A stretch of 64,000 nt of DNA from an uncultured delta proteobacterium (GTDB taxonomy: Bacteria; Desulfobacterota; Syntrophia; Syntrophales; UBA5619): contig CAWFOM010000005.1 of the NCBI GenBank assembly GCA_963817385.1, positions 1 through 64,000 on the forward strand, read 5' to 3'. Shown here piece by piece: positions 10,041-20,318 of the stretch. The notes below the pieces were generated by a model. That model was given only the letters and a program-made list of their open reading frames with translations. It was not told the origin of the DNA and did no database searches. The position numbers were made by a program, and so were the translations under genes. The stretch's first letter is position 1. Every line of letters starts with the position of its first letter.

Positions 10041-13000
10041 CTATCTTTCAATTGCAGTCTCGACGGTCAGATGGTGCTCCAGCAGATCTTCCAGCATCGC
10101 CTTGAACTGCCGCGACTCGAAATGGTTGAGCTGGATCGCGCAGGCGGGACATTCGGAAGCGCAGATGCCGCAGCCCATGCATTTGGCCGCCGCGATCTCC
10201 CCCTTGTTGTCGACGTTCGCAAACGGTGCGCCGTAGGGGCAGACGTGAACGCAGGTCATGCAGGAGATGCACTTGTCCTGATTCACCTCCGAGACCTGGG
10301 CGCCGACTTCCAGGTGGGTCTTGGAGAGGACCGTCGCCGCCCGTGACGCGGCCGCGCGGGCCTGGGAAATATTCTCATCGATCATCTTCGGCGAATGGGC
10401 GAGCCCGCAGAGGTAGATGCCTTCGGTGGCGAAATCCACGGGGCGGAGCTTCACGTGCGCCTCCAGGAAAAACCCGTCGGCGTTGAGCTGGAGCTTGAGC
10501 ATGTCCGACAGCTGCCGGTTGGCGGAAGGCGCGCTGATCCCGGTGCTCAGGATGACCCGGTCGGCTTCGATCTCCACCCGGTCGTTGACGTCGGGGCTCT
10601 CGACCGTCACCAGAAGGCCGTTCTCCCGGGAAACCACCGGCGGCTTCGCCTCATCGTACCGGAGAAAGACGATCCCGGCGTCGCGGGCCATCTGGTAGTA
10701 CTTCTCCCGGAAGCCGTAGGTCCGCATGTCGCGGTAGAGGATGTAAACGTTGGCATCGGGGTTTCGTTTCTTGATGGCAAGCGCGTTCTTCACCGCCATG
10801 GAGCAGCAGATGCGGCTGCAATAGGGGCGCTCGTCGTTCCGGGAGCCCGCGCACTGGATCATGACGATGTTCTTCCTCCCGCCGTCGAAGCGGTCCTCAT
10901 GGAGCATCTTTTCCAGTTCGCTCTGGGTGAGGACATTCTCCGATTCGCCGTACAGGAACCCGGCGGCTTTGGCCGGCTCCGCGCCGGTGGCCGCGATGAT
11001 GGCGCCGCAGGAGATATCGGTCCTGGTGATCTCGCCCTGGCCGTTGCCCTTCCCCCGTTCGGAGACGGTCACCGTGAATTTCCCGATATGGCCGCTGACT
11101 TTGGTCACTTCACTGTTGAGATAAACGGTGATGTTCCGGTGATTCTGCGTCCGGTAGAGAACGTTTGCCGTGAAGAAGTAGGGGTCATCGCCCTCCAGGA
11201 CGGAATGGACGTTCAGCATCTGACCGCCCAGGGCCCCTGATTTTTCGACGAGCGCGACTTTGAATCCCTGATCCGCGAGCGACAGGGCGGCGGTCATGCC
11301 GCTCAACCCTCCCCCGATGACCAGGCCGTCCTGGTTGATGACCAGAGATTCCCCGAACAGGGGCTTCAGGAGCCTCGTTCGGGCGATGGACATCCTCACG
11401 AGTTCGATCGCCTTTTGCGTGGCGACCTCGGGCGCGGAGGAGTGGACCCAGGAACATTGGTCCCTGATGTTGGCCAGCTCGAAGAGGTAGGGGTTCAATC
11501 CGGCCTCACGCAGGGTCTCCCGGAAGAGGGGTTCGTGTGTCCGGGGGGTGCAGGAGGCGACGACCACCCGGTTCAGCCGGAACTCTTCGATCTTTTTTTT
11601 GATCTCGGAGAGGCTCGCGTCCGAACAGGTGTACATGGTGTGCGAGGCGACGACCACCTGGGGGTCTTGGGAGATGGCCGCGGTCACCTTTTCCACATCC
11701 ACGGTGCCGGCGATGTTGATCCCGCAGTGGCAGACAAAGACGCCGATCCGCGGTTCGTCGTCGCCCACATCGTGCTCCAGGGGATAGGTCTTCTTCGTGA
11801 TCAAGGTGTTCCGCGCCGGCGCCAGGAGCTCCATCGACATGGCGGCGGCGGCGCTGGCCTGGGTTACGGTTTCGGGGATATCCTTGGGTTCCTGGAAGGC
11901 GCCGGCGACGAAGACGCCGGGACGGGACGTTTCCAGCGGGGAGAACCGGCTGGTCTTGCAGAAACCGAACTCGTTGAGTTCGATCCCGAGCTCTGCCATT
12001 CCCTCCGAGATCCGGGGTTTGGGATCCAACCCGACGGCCAGGACTACCAGGTCGAAATCGCGCTCCACGGGCTTGAACTGCTCGTCCACGTACTTGAGCC
12101 GGACATCCCGTGAGCCCGGAACCTGGATGACGCGGGAGGGCATACTCTTGATATATTTTATGTTCTCTTTGCTCTTGGCCCGTCCGTAATACTGGTCGAA
12201 GTCTTTCCCGAAGGCCCGGATATCCATGTTGAAGATGGTGGCCTCGAGGCCCGCGGTGTGTTCACTTGCCACCAGGGCCTGTTTGGTCGTGGCCATGCAG
12301 CAGATGGAGGAGCAGTACCGGTTCCCGGACTTGGCGTCACGCGAACCGGCGCACTGTATCCAGGCGATCCTCTTTGCCTCCTTGCCGTCATCCCGGCGGA
12401 CGACGTGACCGGCAAAGGGGCCGGCAGCCGAGAGCATCCGCTCGAACTGGACGCTCGTCAGGACGTTCCGGTACCGGTTGAAACCGAATTCCCCTTTGCG
12501 TTTGGCGTCGAACTCTTCGAAGCCCGGTGTCAGGATGACGGAGCCGACATCCAGGGTGACGACCTGCTCACCCATGGCGTGGTCGACGGCCTTCTTGTCA
12601 CAGGCGGTAACGCACTCCATGCATTCGGAGCAGAGGGCACAGTTCAGGCAGCGCTCGGCCTCCGCCACCGCCTCTTCCACGGAAAATCCGGCTTCGATCT
12701 CCCGGAAATCGTTCGTCCGCTCACCCGCGGGAAGCACGGCCGCCTCGGCCCGAGCCCTCTTTTCGACGTCGTCCGTAGAGGGCAGAGACTCGTCTGCCAA
12801 GGGTTTCAGGGTATCGGTGAAGCGGTCCGCCCGGAGGTCTTTTCCGCTGAGGAAGCGTTCGATCGACTCGGCGGCCCGCTTCCCCGCGGCCACGGCCTGG
12901 ATGACACTCCCCGGTCCGGTTGCATTTTCGCCGCCGGCAAAGATCCCCGGGACTGACGTCTCCAGCGTCACGGGATCGGCCGCAAAACAGCCCCGCCCGG

Positions 13001-14535
13001 TCTCCACTCCGCAGTGCTGAAGGAGATCGGCACTCACCGCCTGGCCGATCGCCACGATGATCTGGTCGGCCTCGATGGTCTTCAGGTTATTATCGTTGTA
13101 GAGGGGGCTGAAGCGGCGGTTTTCGTCGAAGACGCGGGTACATTCCCGAAGCTCGATCGCGGTGACGGAGCCGTCGCCGATGATCCGGTTCGGCCCCCAG
13201 CCGTTATTGATCGTGATCCCCTCGGCGAGCGTCGCCGCGATCTCCTCCTTGTAGGCGGGCATTTCGTCGCGCTTCTCCAGGGCCACCATCTCGACCTGCT
13301 TCGCCCCGAGCCTGAGCGCCGTCCGCGCCACGTCGATGGCGACGTTCCCGCCCCCGATGACCAGGACATGCTTGCCGACATGAGGTTTGTTGTCCGCTGC
13401 TGCCGGCCTGTCTCAGGAATTCCACGCCGAAATCGACGCCGGGGGTCGCTTCGCCGGGAACGCCCAATTTTCTACTCACATGAGCGCCGGCGCTGATGAA
13501 GAGGGCGGCGTTTTCGTTGCGCAACTCCTCGATCGTTTTATCCTTGCCGATGCGGCAGTTCAGGACGATCCGGACGCCTCTGCGCCGGATGAGTTCCACC
13601 TCGTACGCGAGGATATCCTTGGGGAGGCGGTAGGGCGGTATCCCCCAGAGGAGCATGCCGCCGGCGCTGCCGGAGGCTTCGTAGACGGTCACCGCGAACC
13701 CGTTGCCGGCCAGATCGCCGGCCGCCGTGAGTCCCGCCGGCCCCGCGCCGATGACGGCGATCTTCGGGGCGTTGGCCGCGGGGGATTTCTCCTCGGGGAG
13801 CGTCAGTTCGCCCGCCTTCACCATCCTGATTTCCTGGTCCACGGCGAACCGCTTGAGCTGCCGGATGGCCAGGGGGGCGTCCACGTCGGCGCGGGTGCAG
13901 GCCTTCTCACAGGGGGCGGGGCAGACCCGGCCGCAGATCGCGGCGAGGGGGTTTCTCTCCCGGATCAGATCCGCCGCCTTCTTGTACTCCTTCTTCTTGA
14001 TCAGTTGGATGTACCCCTGGACGTTGATGTTGGCCGGGCACTCCATCTTGCACGGGGAATGGCCCAGTTTCAGGATCCTGGGTTTGTTGGGTATCGACTG
14101 GGGGGAATATTTCTGGATGGCCTTCCTCTTCCCCAGGTCGCGGTTGTATCTGTCGTCGATTTCAACCGGGCAGGCCTTGGTGCAGTCTCCGCAGTCGTTG
14201 CAGATCTTCTCGTCGATGTAGCGGGGAGACTTTTTTACGGTGGCCTTGAAATTCCCCGGCGTGCCTTCCAGCTTCTCGAGCCTGGAGAGCGTCAGGATTT
14301 CTATATTGAGATTGCGGGCACACTCGACGAGCTTCGGGGAGACGATGCAGGTCGCACAATCGCCGGTGGGAAAAGTTTTATCCAGATGGGCCATCATCCC
14401 GCCGATGGCGGCCGAATTCTCAACCAGATAGACTTTGAACCCGGAATTGGCCAGATCGAGGGAAGCCTGGACGCCGGCTATACCTCCTCCCTCGACCAGT
14501 ACGGCGCCGACTTTTTTCTTCCTACTTTTTTCCAT
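10041..14535 (-). CDS. hdrA: Large HdrA-like (HdrL-type) flavoprotein with an inserted GltD-like NAD(P)H-binding module; +1 frameshift near 13395
   Basis: HdrA motifs GGGIAG, DKTFPTGDCATC, QCAGSRD..CSSICC, FVCHCGINI, CTPRTHE, NIRDQCSWVH, ferredoxin C-terminus. GltD-like insert PCKMECPA..NPLAAICGRVCPAPCE..IGAGPAG..GIPPYRLP. Removing one base restores DNKPHVGKHVLVIGGGNVAIDVAR. Confidence 0.88.
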
Positions 14536-14538
14536 GAT

Positions 14539-15417
14539 TCATGACCTTACCGATGACCGAACATGATTCATCGCCTCTTTCGGCGAAACGATCAGCTTGT
14601 TTAGTCCGAGCGCATCCTCCGACAGGCCCAGACACGCCCCCATGAGCTGGGATATGTAAATGATCGGCATGCCGTAGCGCCTGCCGGTGGCCTTGAATAT
14701 GTCATCCTGCCGCATATCCAGGTTGATCTGGCACATGGGACAAGCCACGGCCAAACACTCGGCCCCTGAATCCCTGGCCATGACGAGGATCGATTCGGAG
14801 AGTTTGACGACGAGATCCGACCGGGTGAGCGTGAGCGACCCGCCGCAGCATTCGACCTTGTGCGGCCAGTCCAAGCCCACGCCGCCCATGGCGTCGATGA
14901 GCCTGTCCAGGTAAACGGGATTTTCCGGGTCGTCCAGCCCCGCAACCTCCGGCGGGCGCACCATGAGGCATCCATAGTACGACGCCACCTTCAGCCCCCC
15001 GAGGGTGTGGGTCATCGCTTTTTTGAAGGCGTCTATCCCGAGATCCTCGACGACGATCTCCACGAAATGGCGCACCTTGACGGAACCGTCGTAGTCCTGC
15101 CCCAGGGCGGCCGCAACGATTTTCCTTTTTTGGGGGTTTGCGGCTATTTCATGGTTGGCGATCTTCATCCGGCTGTAGCAGGAGGCGCAGCTGACCGCCA
15201 TGTCGAGCCCCATCTCCCTTACCTTCAAAAGATTGGCGGCGGCCAGCGACAGGGAGAGATCGTGATCGACCTGGTGGGCCATGGTGGTGCCGCAGCAGGA
15301 CCAGGCCTCGGGTTCCGCAAATTCGATCCCCAGCGCGCGGGCCACGGCCACGGTGGACAGGTACAGGTCGCGGGCCGTCGATTCCGCCGAACACCCCGGG
15401 AAATAGGCGTATTTCAT
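14539..15417 (-). CDS. hdrB: Heterodisulfide reductase subunit B-like
   Basis: Two CCG domains: YFPGC..CCG..CASC and YYGC..CCGG..CPMC. Confidence 0.92.
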   Translation of the reverse strand: MKYAYFPGCSAESTARDLYLSTVAVARALGIEFAEPEAWSCCGTTMAHQVDHDLSLSLAAANLLKVREMGLDMAVSCASCYSRMKIANHEIAANPQKRKIVAAALGQDYDGSVKVRHFVEIVVEDLGIDAFKKAMTHTLGGLKVASYYGCLMVRPPEVAGLDDPENPVYLDRLIDAMGGVGLDWPHKVECCGGSLTLTRSDLVVKLSESILVMARDSGAECLAVACPMCQINLDMRQDDIFKATGRRYGMPIIYISQLMGACLGLSEDALGLNKLIVSPKEAMNHVRSSVRS

Positions 15418-15983
15418 GTCGGTTTTTTCCTTGTTTTTTCCAGGTTATTGAATATCCGCTTCACCATTTTCTTGTCGGCGCCGTGGGGGGGCAAGAGGGC
15501 GATCTTCCCTTTTTTCAGGATCGCCGGGAGCTTATCCAGGTCCTTTCCATAGGAGGACGTGCCCGCCTTGTACAGGGCCATGGCCCCCAGGTCGTAGGTC
15601 CGTCCGAATCTCTTGATGGTCCCCAAAAGCAGCTTGTTCATCAGGGGTATGTTCCCCTCGGGCTTTGCGGCGCCCCTCGCTTCGGCCATCACGCGCAGGG
15701 CGTCCATGACTTCAGCCATGTTGATCTCCATCGGGCAGCGGGAGAAACAGGTGGCGCAGGAGGCGCAGACCCAGATGATTTCGCTTGCCAAGAGCTCCTC
15801 CCCGGCCCCCAGCTGCAGCTTTTTGATGATCTCAGAAGGGGACGAATCGGTGAAGCCCGCAACGGGACATCCGTTCGTGCATTTCTTGCACTGGAGGCAG
15901 GCGTTGATGTCGATCCCCGAGAGGGCCTTGACCTCCGCGATGATCCCCCGTCCGGCGGCTGCTCGTCTGATTTTTATCGGCAT
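15414..15983 (-). CDS. hdrC: Heterodisulfide reductase subunit C-like
   Basis: CLQCKKCTNGCP and WVCASCATCFSRCP; overlaps the hdrB start. Confidence 0.92.
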   Translation of the reverse strand: MPIKIRRAAAGRGIIAEVKALSGIDINACLQCKKCTNGCPVAGFTDSSPSEIIKKLQLGAGEELLASEIIWVCASCATCFSRCPMEINMAEVMDALRVMAEARGAAKPEGNIPLMNKLLLGTIKRFGRTYDLGAMALYKAGTSSYGKDLDKLPAILKKGKIALLPPHGADKKMVKRIFNNLEKTRKKPT

Positions 15984-15993
15984 AAGGGTCCCT

Positions 15994-18735
15994 CTACTCT
16001 TCCTGGTTGTCGGGAAAATCTGGGTTTTCGGGGCGGATGACGCCCCTGTCTATCGGGCCGGTGACGCCGGCTTCCATGAGCGGCTCCTCTTCCAGGAATT
16101 CCTCTTCGAGCAGGTCATCTTCGAGCTCTTCGGGACCTTTCCCTACGACGAAGGGCACGACTTTCCGGTAGACATCCTGCGGCCTGAGCGTCTCGCCGTT
16201 CACCTTCAGCAGGTCGTCGATTTTGATGTCGAAGAGACGCTCGTTCTCCTCCAGGTAGGGAAGGATGAGCTCCCAGTCTTTTTTCGTGAGCGGCAGGATC
16301 ATCCCGCCGTTTAGCTGCTGGTCCACCAGGGTCTTTCCGGGGTCGCGGATGTAGATGGCCCCTCCCGAGGCCAGGGAAAAGATATTGCTGCCCGGATAGG
16401 GCTCATCCATCAGGATGAGCGAGCCGTCGCCGCCGAATTTCACGCCGTTCAGGACGACGAAGCCGCCGCCGTTGTGGGGGTCGCCCGCCATGAAGGATTC
16501 GCCCAGGAAGTCGAGGCAGGTGCCGTTGATGACGACCCGGGGTTTCCCGACGGAGTTGATCAGCGGCCGTCCCGCCGCGTTTCCCATGACGTAGATCTCC
16601 CCGCCCTTGGCGCCGTAGAGAAATGTCTGGCCGACGTCGCCGTAGATGACCAGTTTCCCCTGCTTGATGATCTGCCCCAACTGGTCCTGGGCATTGCCGT
16701 GGACGGCGATCGTCATCCCGTCGATCCCGGAGGCCAGGTAGTCGCCGGAGCTGCCGTAGACGTCGATGGTGACGTCGTCGGTCTCGGGCCCGAGGCCGTT
16801 GCCGATGTAGCGCTGGCCGATGCAGCCGAAGGAGATGAACCGCCGCCATCCCTTCATGTAGGCGTCCATCAGGAGGGAGGCGTCGCTCTTCTCCCCTTCC
16901 GGGGGGAAGCCGAAGGCGTCGATCACCAGGGTCGTTTCTTCCGGCAGCGGGGCGCGAAGGGCATTGCAGGACGAAAAGTCGATCAGACGGTACCCGATAC
17001 CCGGGGCATCCTGCCCCCCATCCAGGCTAGGCAGGCCTTTCAAAAGCCGGGAGAGTTCGCTCTTCAGGATATGCAGGAGGTGGCTTCGCTTCTTTGTGCC
17101 CGTCGGATAGCGTAGATCGTTGAGCATGGTCAGAGTCTTGATCGCGATCCCGATCGTATTCGTGTTCTTGGCGGTGTCGCTGATCAGCCGGCAGGCGGCA
17201 CGGATATCGTCATAGCCCCAGGCGACAATATGGTCGCGAAGGTACCGGTACAGCGACGCGGCGTCGCTTTGCGCCAATTCCTTGATCTTCTGTTCGATCT
17301 CGCGGCCGATTTCCCGATTCAGGTAGGTTTCCGACGCAAAATCGTACGGCTCGCTCCCCTTCGGCAATGAAACCGGTTTGCCGAATTTGTCGGTGCAGGT
17401 CATCCTGAGCCGGCCGGATTCATCCGGCGTGAGGTTGAAAATAAAAGCACCTCCATCTGTATGGCTTCCCCCGCGGGCGTTCCAGTAGCGATCGGCCACG
17501 GGGCAGATGCGGATGTCATCCTTGGAGAGGCTGAGCAGCGTCGCGTCGATGGCCTGTTTCTCCGAGGCGATGAGCCCGACCTGCACTTCCCCGTCGCAAA
17601 AGGCGAAGACCTGGGGACGGAGCATCGCCGTGTCCGTTATGCCCAGAAGCTGGAATTGCTTCTGGGCCACATCGTTCCGGGCGATGATGAAAAACCAGGG
17701 CCCATCCGGGGAGCCGTGGATATGGGTGGTCTGAATGGCTCGGTAGAGTTTCTTCTTCGCTTCCGGAAGGCGGTCGAAGTCCAGCTCGGAGGTCGGGGCC
17801 AGGGCCTCGATGATATGTTCGAGGGAGTAATGGTACGTCCTGCTCAGAAGGTCGAACAGGAGGACCGAGACCTCGGTGTCTGTGAGAAACTGCGGCCGGA
17901 TGTGGCGCTGCAGCAGATGCTCGCAGACGGAATGGTAGTTGGCGAAATCCCCATTGTGGACCAGGGCGATGTTGATCCCCGTGAACGGGTGGGCGCCGGC
18001 GGGATGCCAGACGCGCCCCTTGGTCGGGAAACGCTGGTGGGCGATCCAGACATGGGCCGAGAGGTCCCGGACCTTATAGTAATCCACGATGGCCTCGGCA
18101 AATCCGACCACCTTGAGGATCATGATGTTCCGGCCATGGGAGAGGACAAAGGCCCGCTTGTCGCCGACGGCGGAGTAAAACATCTCGTTCAGCTTGAAGC
18201 TGTTCTGATTGACATACTCGTCTTCCGCTTCCCGTCGGTCGAGATCCTGAAGCTGGTGTTCAAGGATAAAACGGTCGAGGACATCGGCCTTGACCCGCAC
18301 GAAATAGCGGCACACATCGGGAGGCTTCACCTCCAGGCCCGGAATCGTTTTCCAGTCGGCAACCGTATCGAGCATCCGGGATGTGGCGACAGCGAAATGG
18401 GGGGTGATGAAACGGCCCTCCACGTCATCCCTGACCTCCGGTTCCAGGAAGGCGACATGGAGCATGTAATGATCTTCCAGGATGTCCCGGCTGACGCCGA
18501 GCTGTTCCGGGACGAATCCGACCGCGGCGATCCCGCCGCCCTTCCCGTTGCCGCGGTTGTGCATCTGCTTGGAAGGCTCGTAGATGTGCTTGCCGGAAAC
18601 GGGCTCGGTGCAGCAGAAACCGACAACGCCGCATCCACCCTCTTCCTCGCTCTTCCTGACGATGGCCGGCAGATCGAATCCCTCGATCAATTTGCGCTTG
18701 GAGTCCAGAAGCCGTTGTATCAGTTCGTTATTCAC
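15994..18735 (-). CDS. Split glutamate synthase subunit: Ntn glutamine amidotransferase + GXGXG domain (GltB1+GltB3-type fusion)
   Basis: EGG|CGVVG Ntn Cys, HNRG, AHQRFPT, AHPF, HNGDFANY, TDTE; C-terminal GXGXG repeats GQRYIGNG, GSSGDYLASG, GNAQDQ, GDVGQTF. Confidence 0.88.
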   Translation of the reverse strand: MNNELIQRLLDSKRKLIEGFDLPAIVRKSEEEGGCGVVGFCCTEPVSGKHIYEPSKQMHNRGNGKGGGIAAVGFVPEQLGVSRDILEDHYMLHVAFLEPEVRDDVEGRFITPHFAVATSRMLDTVADWKTIPGLEVKPPDVCRYFVRVKADVLDRFILEHQLQDLDRREAEDEYVNQNSFKLNEMFYSAVGDKRAFVLSHGRNIMILKVVGFAEAIVDYYKVRDLSAHVWIAHQRFPTKGRVWHPAGAHPFTGINIALVHNGDFANYHSVCEHLLQRHIRPQFLTDTEVSVLLFDLLSRTYHYSLEHIIEALAPTSELDFDRLPEAKKKLYRAIQTTHIHGSPDGPWFFIIARNDVAQKQFQLLGITDTAMLRPQVFAFCDGEVQVGLIASEKQAIDATLLSLSKDDIRICPVADRYWNARGGSHTDGGAFIFNLTPDESGRLRMTCTDKFGKPVSLPKGSEPYDFASETYLNREIGREIEQKIKELAQSDAASLYRYLRDHIVAWGYDDIRAACRLISDTAKNTNTIGIAIKTLTMLNDLRYPTGTKKRSHLLHILKSELSRLLKGLPSLDGGQDAPGIGYRLIDFSSCNALRAPLPEETTLVIDAFGFPPEGEKSDASLLMDAYMKGWRRFISFGCIGQRYIGNGLGPETDDVTIDVYGSSGDYLASGIDGMTIAVHGNAQDQLGQIIKQGKLVIYGDVGQTFLYGAKGGEIYVMGNAAGRPLINSVGKPRVVINGTCLDFLGESFMAGDPHNGGGFVVLNGVKFGGDGSLILMDEPYPGSNIFSLASGGAIYIRDPGKTLVDQQLNGGMILPLTKKDWELILPYLEENERLFDIKIDDLLKVNGETLRPQDVYRKVVPFVVGKGPEELEDDLLEEEFLEEEPLMEAGVTGPIDRGVIRPENPDFPDNQEE

Positions 18736-20318
18736 GATTTATGCCCCGCAACATCGTTGGTATAATCCAAATGCATCAGGAGGTCCGATCGTCCCCTGAG
18801 CTCGGATACGCTTCTCAGGCCCAGGCGCTGGAGAATGGTGACGAGTTCGTTCCGCCAGGCGTTGTACATATTGATGATCCTCTGGGCTCCCCATTCGAGA
18901 TCGATCTTGGGCGCAAGCATCTTGTCGGTCGTCGCGATGCGGCGGGGACAGCCGCGGCCCGTTGAACAGCGCGCGCACCGGACGCATCCGAGGGCCACCA
19001 ATTCCGCCGTGCCGACGACGCAGCCGTCGGCGCCGAGGGCGATGGCCTTGGCGATATCGTACGGGTTGCGGACACCGCCGCTCGCCATCAGGGTCACCTG
19101 ATCCCGGGCGCCTTCATCCGTGAGAAAGTTATGCACCTTGGAAATGGCGTATTCGATCGGCATGGCGATATTTTTCTTGGCGATGTCCGGCGCGGCGCCC
19201 GTGCCGCCGTAGCCGCCGTCCAGATGGATGATATGCGTTCCCGCCGAGTAGCTCCCCACGGCGACCATGTCCACGTCGTTGGGGGTCGACACCTTCGTCG
19301 AGATCAGCGCCCGCCGGTTGATGTGTTTGACCCAGTCGATATGCTTCATGTGGTCTTCGATGGAGTAGACGCTGTGGAACGGAAAGGGGGAGAACAGGGA
19401 TATCCCGATCACCGTCTCGCGCATCTTGGCGACGGCCTCGGTGTTCTTGTCCCCCAGGAGATGCCCCCCCAGGCCCGGTTTCGCTCCCTGGGCGTACTTG
19501 AATTCCACGATGCGGACGCGCTGGATGGTCTCTTCGCGGACACCGAAAAGGCCCGTGGCCACCTGCGTGATCATGTGGTCGTCGTACGGCCGCATCCGTT
19601 CCATGAAGCCGCCCTCACCCGTACAGGTGAAGGTATTCCAGGCCACAGCCGCCCGGGCCTTCGATAGCTGGGTCGTGTTGCTGACGGAGCCGAAGGACAT
19701 TCCCCCGCCGTACCACGGCACATCGATCCTGATCCGGGGACGGCCGTCGTTGCGGCGATTCAGTTCAAGGCCCGTATCGATTTCGTCATTCCCCAGTTCC
19801 AGGGGCGGTTTTTCCTGAAACTTGAACCGGATACGGTCGAAGCCGCCGCCCGAGTCGCCCGTCTCGAATTCATAACCGTAATCCGCGGGGGGAACCTCAC
19901 CCCGCTCCGCCATTTTCCAGGTGGCGAGGATCATCGCGGCGGGCCATCGGTAATCGCCGAGGGCTTTCATCATCGGGTTTTCCTGGATGCGCAAGGCACC
20001 CCGGGGACATGCCGTTATGCAGTAGCACCCCTTTTCTTCGCATTTCGGCCCAAAACAGAGGTGGCTCTTGGGAAGGGCAAAGTATTTATATCCGGGCTTT
20101 TTGACATGCACGCCCTGGGGGCACACGGCCATACACTTACCGCAGGCCGCACATTTCCCCTCGTCCCGCAGGATGATATATTTGGAGATCTCATTCCGGT
20201 ATCGGGGCAAAGCGGGCCGGACGGTTCGCTCCTGCCGGAATTGCGGCGGACGCGTCTTTAGCGTTTTCTCCGGAATGATCTCTTCAAGCCTGCAATCTTG
20301 TTCCAAAAATTCTGCCAA
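18732..20318 (-). CDS. Split glutamate synthase FMN-binding subunit (GltB2-type) with N-terminal ferredoxin; start uncertain
   Basis: CAACGKCMAVCP, GGMSFGS, TGEGG, QVATGLFGV, EFKYAQGAKPGLGGHL, DGGYGGTGAA, ASGG, CVRCARC..CP. Confidence 0.9.
   Translation of the reverse strand: MAEFLEQDCRLEEIIPEKTLKTRPPQFRQERTVRPALPRYRNEISKYIILRDEGKCAACGKCMAVCPQGVHVKKPGYKYFALPKSHLCFGPKCEEKGCYCITACPRGALRIQENPMMKALGDYRWPAAMILATWKMAERGEVPPADYGYEFETGDSGGGFDRIRFKFQEKPPLELGNDEIDTGLELNRRNDGRPRIRIDVPWYGGGMSFGSVSNTTQLSKARAAVAWNTFTCTGEGGFMERMRPYDDHMITQVATGLFGVREETIQRVRIVEFKYAQGAKPGLGGHLLGDKNTEAVAKMRETVIGISLFSPFPFHSVYSIEDHMKHIDWVKHINRRALISTKVSTPNDVDMVAVGSYSAGTHIIHLDGGYGGTGAAPDIAKKNIAMPIEYAISKVHNFLTDEGARDQVTLMASGGVRNPYDIAKAIALGADGCVVGTAELVALGCVRCARCSTGRGCPRRIATTDKMLAPKIDLEWGAQRIINMYNAWRNELVTILQRLGLRSVSELRGRSDLLMHLDYTNDVAGHKS

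Noticed and set aside
13204..13400. Selenocysteine read-through or programmed frameshift in hdrA
   Set aside because: The break is a frame change, not an in-frame TGA, and no slippery sequence is evident.
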